DNA of 64,000 bases, from the NCBI RefSeq assembly GCF_036321535.1, contig NC_087437.1:100442001-100506000 (forward strand), written 5' to 3'. Below the pieces are notes generated by a model. That model did not search any database. It was given only the letters and a program-made list of their open reading frames with translations, and was not told where the DNA came from. Both the position numbers and the translations under genes were made by a program. The DNA comes from Camelus dromedarius (Eukaryota). This document shows, piece after piece, positions 61,501-64,000 of the stretch (positions are counted from its first letter, which is position 1; each line of letters opens with the position of its first letter).

Positions 61501-64000
61501 TACTCTGCAGCTTCACTCTGAGCATCAAGAGCAAACAAAGAAATCTGAGCGCCACTGCTTACACTGCCAAGTATTCTTGGAACAAATGGCAACAACTGCA
61601 GTTCAGCCTTTTGACTTAGATTCTGGCACAACAATTTCAAGATTAAGAAATAAAAATATAAAACTGTTCTTACTGGTAACATTTGAAAACCAGTATGACA
61701 CAATACTTAGGTATCTGGATTGCCACAAAAACCCAACTAATTAATGGCAGGGTCAGGATTCAAGGGTGTGAGTCCAGGGCCCCCATGCTTCACCACTAGA
61801 GCAGAAGTGGAGCAATGGAGACGTACTGGCTGAAGGAAAGCAATCTTCCTTGTAAAGGTATGTGGAAGGTGGAATTACCATGTTAGCCCATCACAAACAG
61901 AGGCTGGGAGAAAGCAGGGAAGAGTTTTTCTACGTTTATAACATCTAAAGTATCTATAATGAGCAGTAGCATTAATCATTACATTTTATGTCCTGAGATG
62001 GGTCAGAAACTTGAAAATTCTTATAGCTTTCTGGCAATAAGTCCACATGAGATCTGGTGCGTGCCCATCTTCAGTATACACTGTCTCATTTTGTTAAAAT
62101 CCCTTCCAGTTCAAACTCCTTGGTTAGAGGAATCACCAGAGCATTACAGTTGCAGTTCAAATAGTTTGTCTTCAACATGGTACAACCTTTTATTACTGAA
62201 AAGGCCTCTCTGTAGCTGATTTTTCTAGTTGCAACTCAATATCTTTTAAATTCATCCTAAACTTTAAAATTAGAAAGTTTAATAAAGTTAAAGGGAGAAC
62301 AAGTTGGGAGTAACTAAAAAGAGGTCACCATAATTAGGACAAGAGATAGGAATCTGGAATCTGGCTCCTCAGATGTGGGTTGTTAGTTAAGTTACAGATC
62401 TTAACTAGATGTTGTTACAAGCCTAGTTTTAATTTTTTAAAAAATATTCTATAATTTAAAGTTATCATCAATTAAACCTACATTTCACTTCCATCCCTCC
62501 CTACTTCTGTCCAAATACTAAAGTTTTACTATCAGAGCCATTTAAAAAGTGTTCAAATTTATTTAGTGACATTAAAAGATAGTTAAAGAAAAATACGTAT
62601 CTGTATTTTTAAGTATATCAAAGGTAGCCAAGCTAAAGTTCAAAAGTCATATTACACTTTATACTTAAAAGTGCTTTTTTAGTGAACAGCAAGATATAAT
62701 GTTTGCCATTATGGGAAACAAGAGAAAAGAGGTTAATGCCAGATTGAGTTAACAATATTCAGCCTCCCTACCACAAGTAAAGTGTTGGGCCTTTACTTAG
62801 TGGAAAGACGCTGGTGTGCCAGAAGCAAGACAAAACAAGAGCTGTTGAGTAGTTAATATAGTCTTGATTCAAACTAAATCAAGGATTTAACATTGACATT
62901 TAAACTGCTCTCTGACTACTGACCAGTGTTTCGGTCAAAGGCACAAAGAATCAAGGAAGAAAGATTAAAAGTAAGCACTGGTGAAACCAGTGCCTCAACC
63001 AAGAGAAAATACCCTCAGATTTTTCTTGCTGGAAAGATTACTAAGGATCTGCATTTGGGTCTGTTTCTAGAAAAGTTCCTGGAAAGGTCAACAAAGTAGG
63101 GGAGAATGAAGTCTGAGATGGCTCATACAGTCCAAGGTAGACTAGTAAGCCTTGGTAATACTAATCAACTAGCAAGATCAATGTACACTGAAAACTTTGG
63201 CATAAGAGGCACCAATCCTGTCCTATAAAAAAGTTTGTCTCCACAGAAGAGAAAGGAAGTCAATTATTAGAGAAAAGTAAAAATACTATTTGCATAGTTT
63301 TGGCACAAAATGAAAACTGATAGTATGAAGTAACAGATCGGAGCCCTGGACCTCTGCCTCGTCCCCTGATCTTTAGTTTCATTTCTCACATTGTTTTATT
63401 ACAGTTGAGTTTTATTATGGCTCCTGACCACCCTGGGCTACGTTCCTCCCAGCCTTAAAAGTCTAGGGAATGGCAGTGAGTAAAAAACTTTAGAGATTTT
63501 AGTACCATGAACTATGATGCATATTATTGTATTTGATCATAAATGCATAAAAAGTGTAGAGTGTCTCAGTGCCAAGGACAGGCCGTAAGTATTAAGAAGT
63601 TTATGCATCTATCTCCTAATCCTAGAAGTAGACAATTAATTCTAATGGTGAATTATAGGTGCCCCCCACAACCATCCCCCTCCAAAAAAAATCAGTCTCC
63701 TTAAAGTGCATTTCTTAGGTCCTTGAACTGTATCACCTACGGCTTGGAAGTATATGTATATAGGTACTTACTTCCTTTTAAGTACTGTAAAGTCACAGAA
63801 AAAAGGCAACTTAGAACCATGCTCAGAATATGAAATCTCTCCTACAAGATTAAACTGTCTTTTGTTCTTTCTTTCTTTTTCCGTCTTCATTTTATAAATA
63901 CATGCATGCACACAGTTTTAAACAATTTGATTAGACCAGTTTTGATCTGACATAAGCAACAATTCAAAGGTGTGAAGTATTTCAGCTTAACTGTGGACTC

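Larger units (their letters stand above)
46092..64000 (-). other. C21orf91: Large upstream intron of C21orf91 (continues past the window edge)
   Basis: The N-terminal EURL coding exon (MNEEEQFVNIDL..., recalled from the human protein) was not found in the window; the region is AT-rich with L2/MIR/MER repeats. Confidence 0.8.

Noticed and set aside
1..64000. tRNA, rRNA, snoRNA or miRNA genes, processed pseudogenes, intact retroviral or L1 ORFs, CpG-island promoter
   Set aside because: None was recognisable by eye. A covariance-model search (Infernal/Rfam, tRNAscan-SE) would be needed to exclude small RNAs.

Overview
This is mammalian genomic DNA, most likely camelid. That assignment rests on young cetartiodactyl-type L1 3' ends and a truncated Vic-1-like SINE, recognised from memory of consensus sequences. 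The only protein-coding gene is C21orf91/EURL on the minus strand. Its last three coding exons (46091-45555, 44522-44460, 42998-42832) splice in frame with GT-AG boundaries and are followed by a ~4.5 kb repeat-free 3' UTR ending near tandem AATAAA signals at ~38356-38366. Positions 46092-64000 are the large upstream intron; the start-codon exon lies beyond the right edge. Positions 1-38300 are the downstream intergenic region, dense in old repeats (L2, MIR, L1M, MaLR/ERVL/ERV1 LTRs, hAT and Tigger DNA transposons), including multi-level nested insertions. All other ORFs in the track look like chance or repeat-derived frames. I found no prokaryote-style novel system (no CRISPR, operon or intact mobile element). 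The best leads are: an exon-3 terminal C that makes exon-4 skipping read through in frame rather than create a stop; a NAGNAG acceptor; miRNA and ARE sites in the UTR; an ISRE/kB/ETS motif cluster inside a MIR; an AAV Rep-binding-like element; and a local inversion beside a truncated SINE. Repeat family names and boundaries were assigned by eye and need RepeatMasker/Dfam confirmation.
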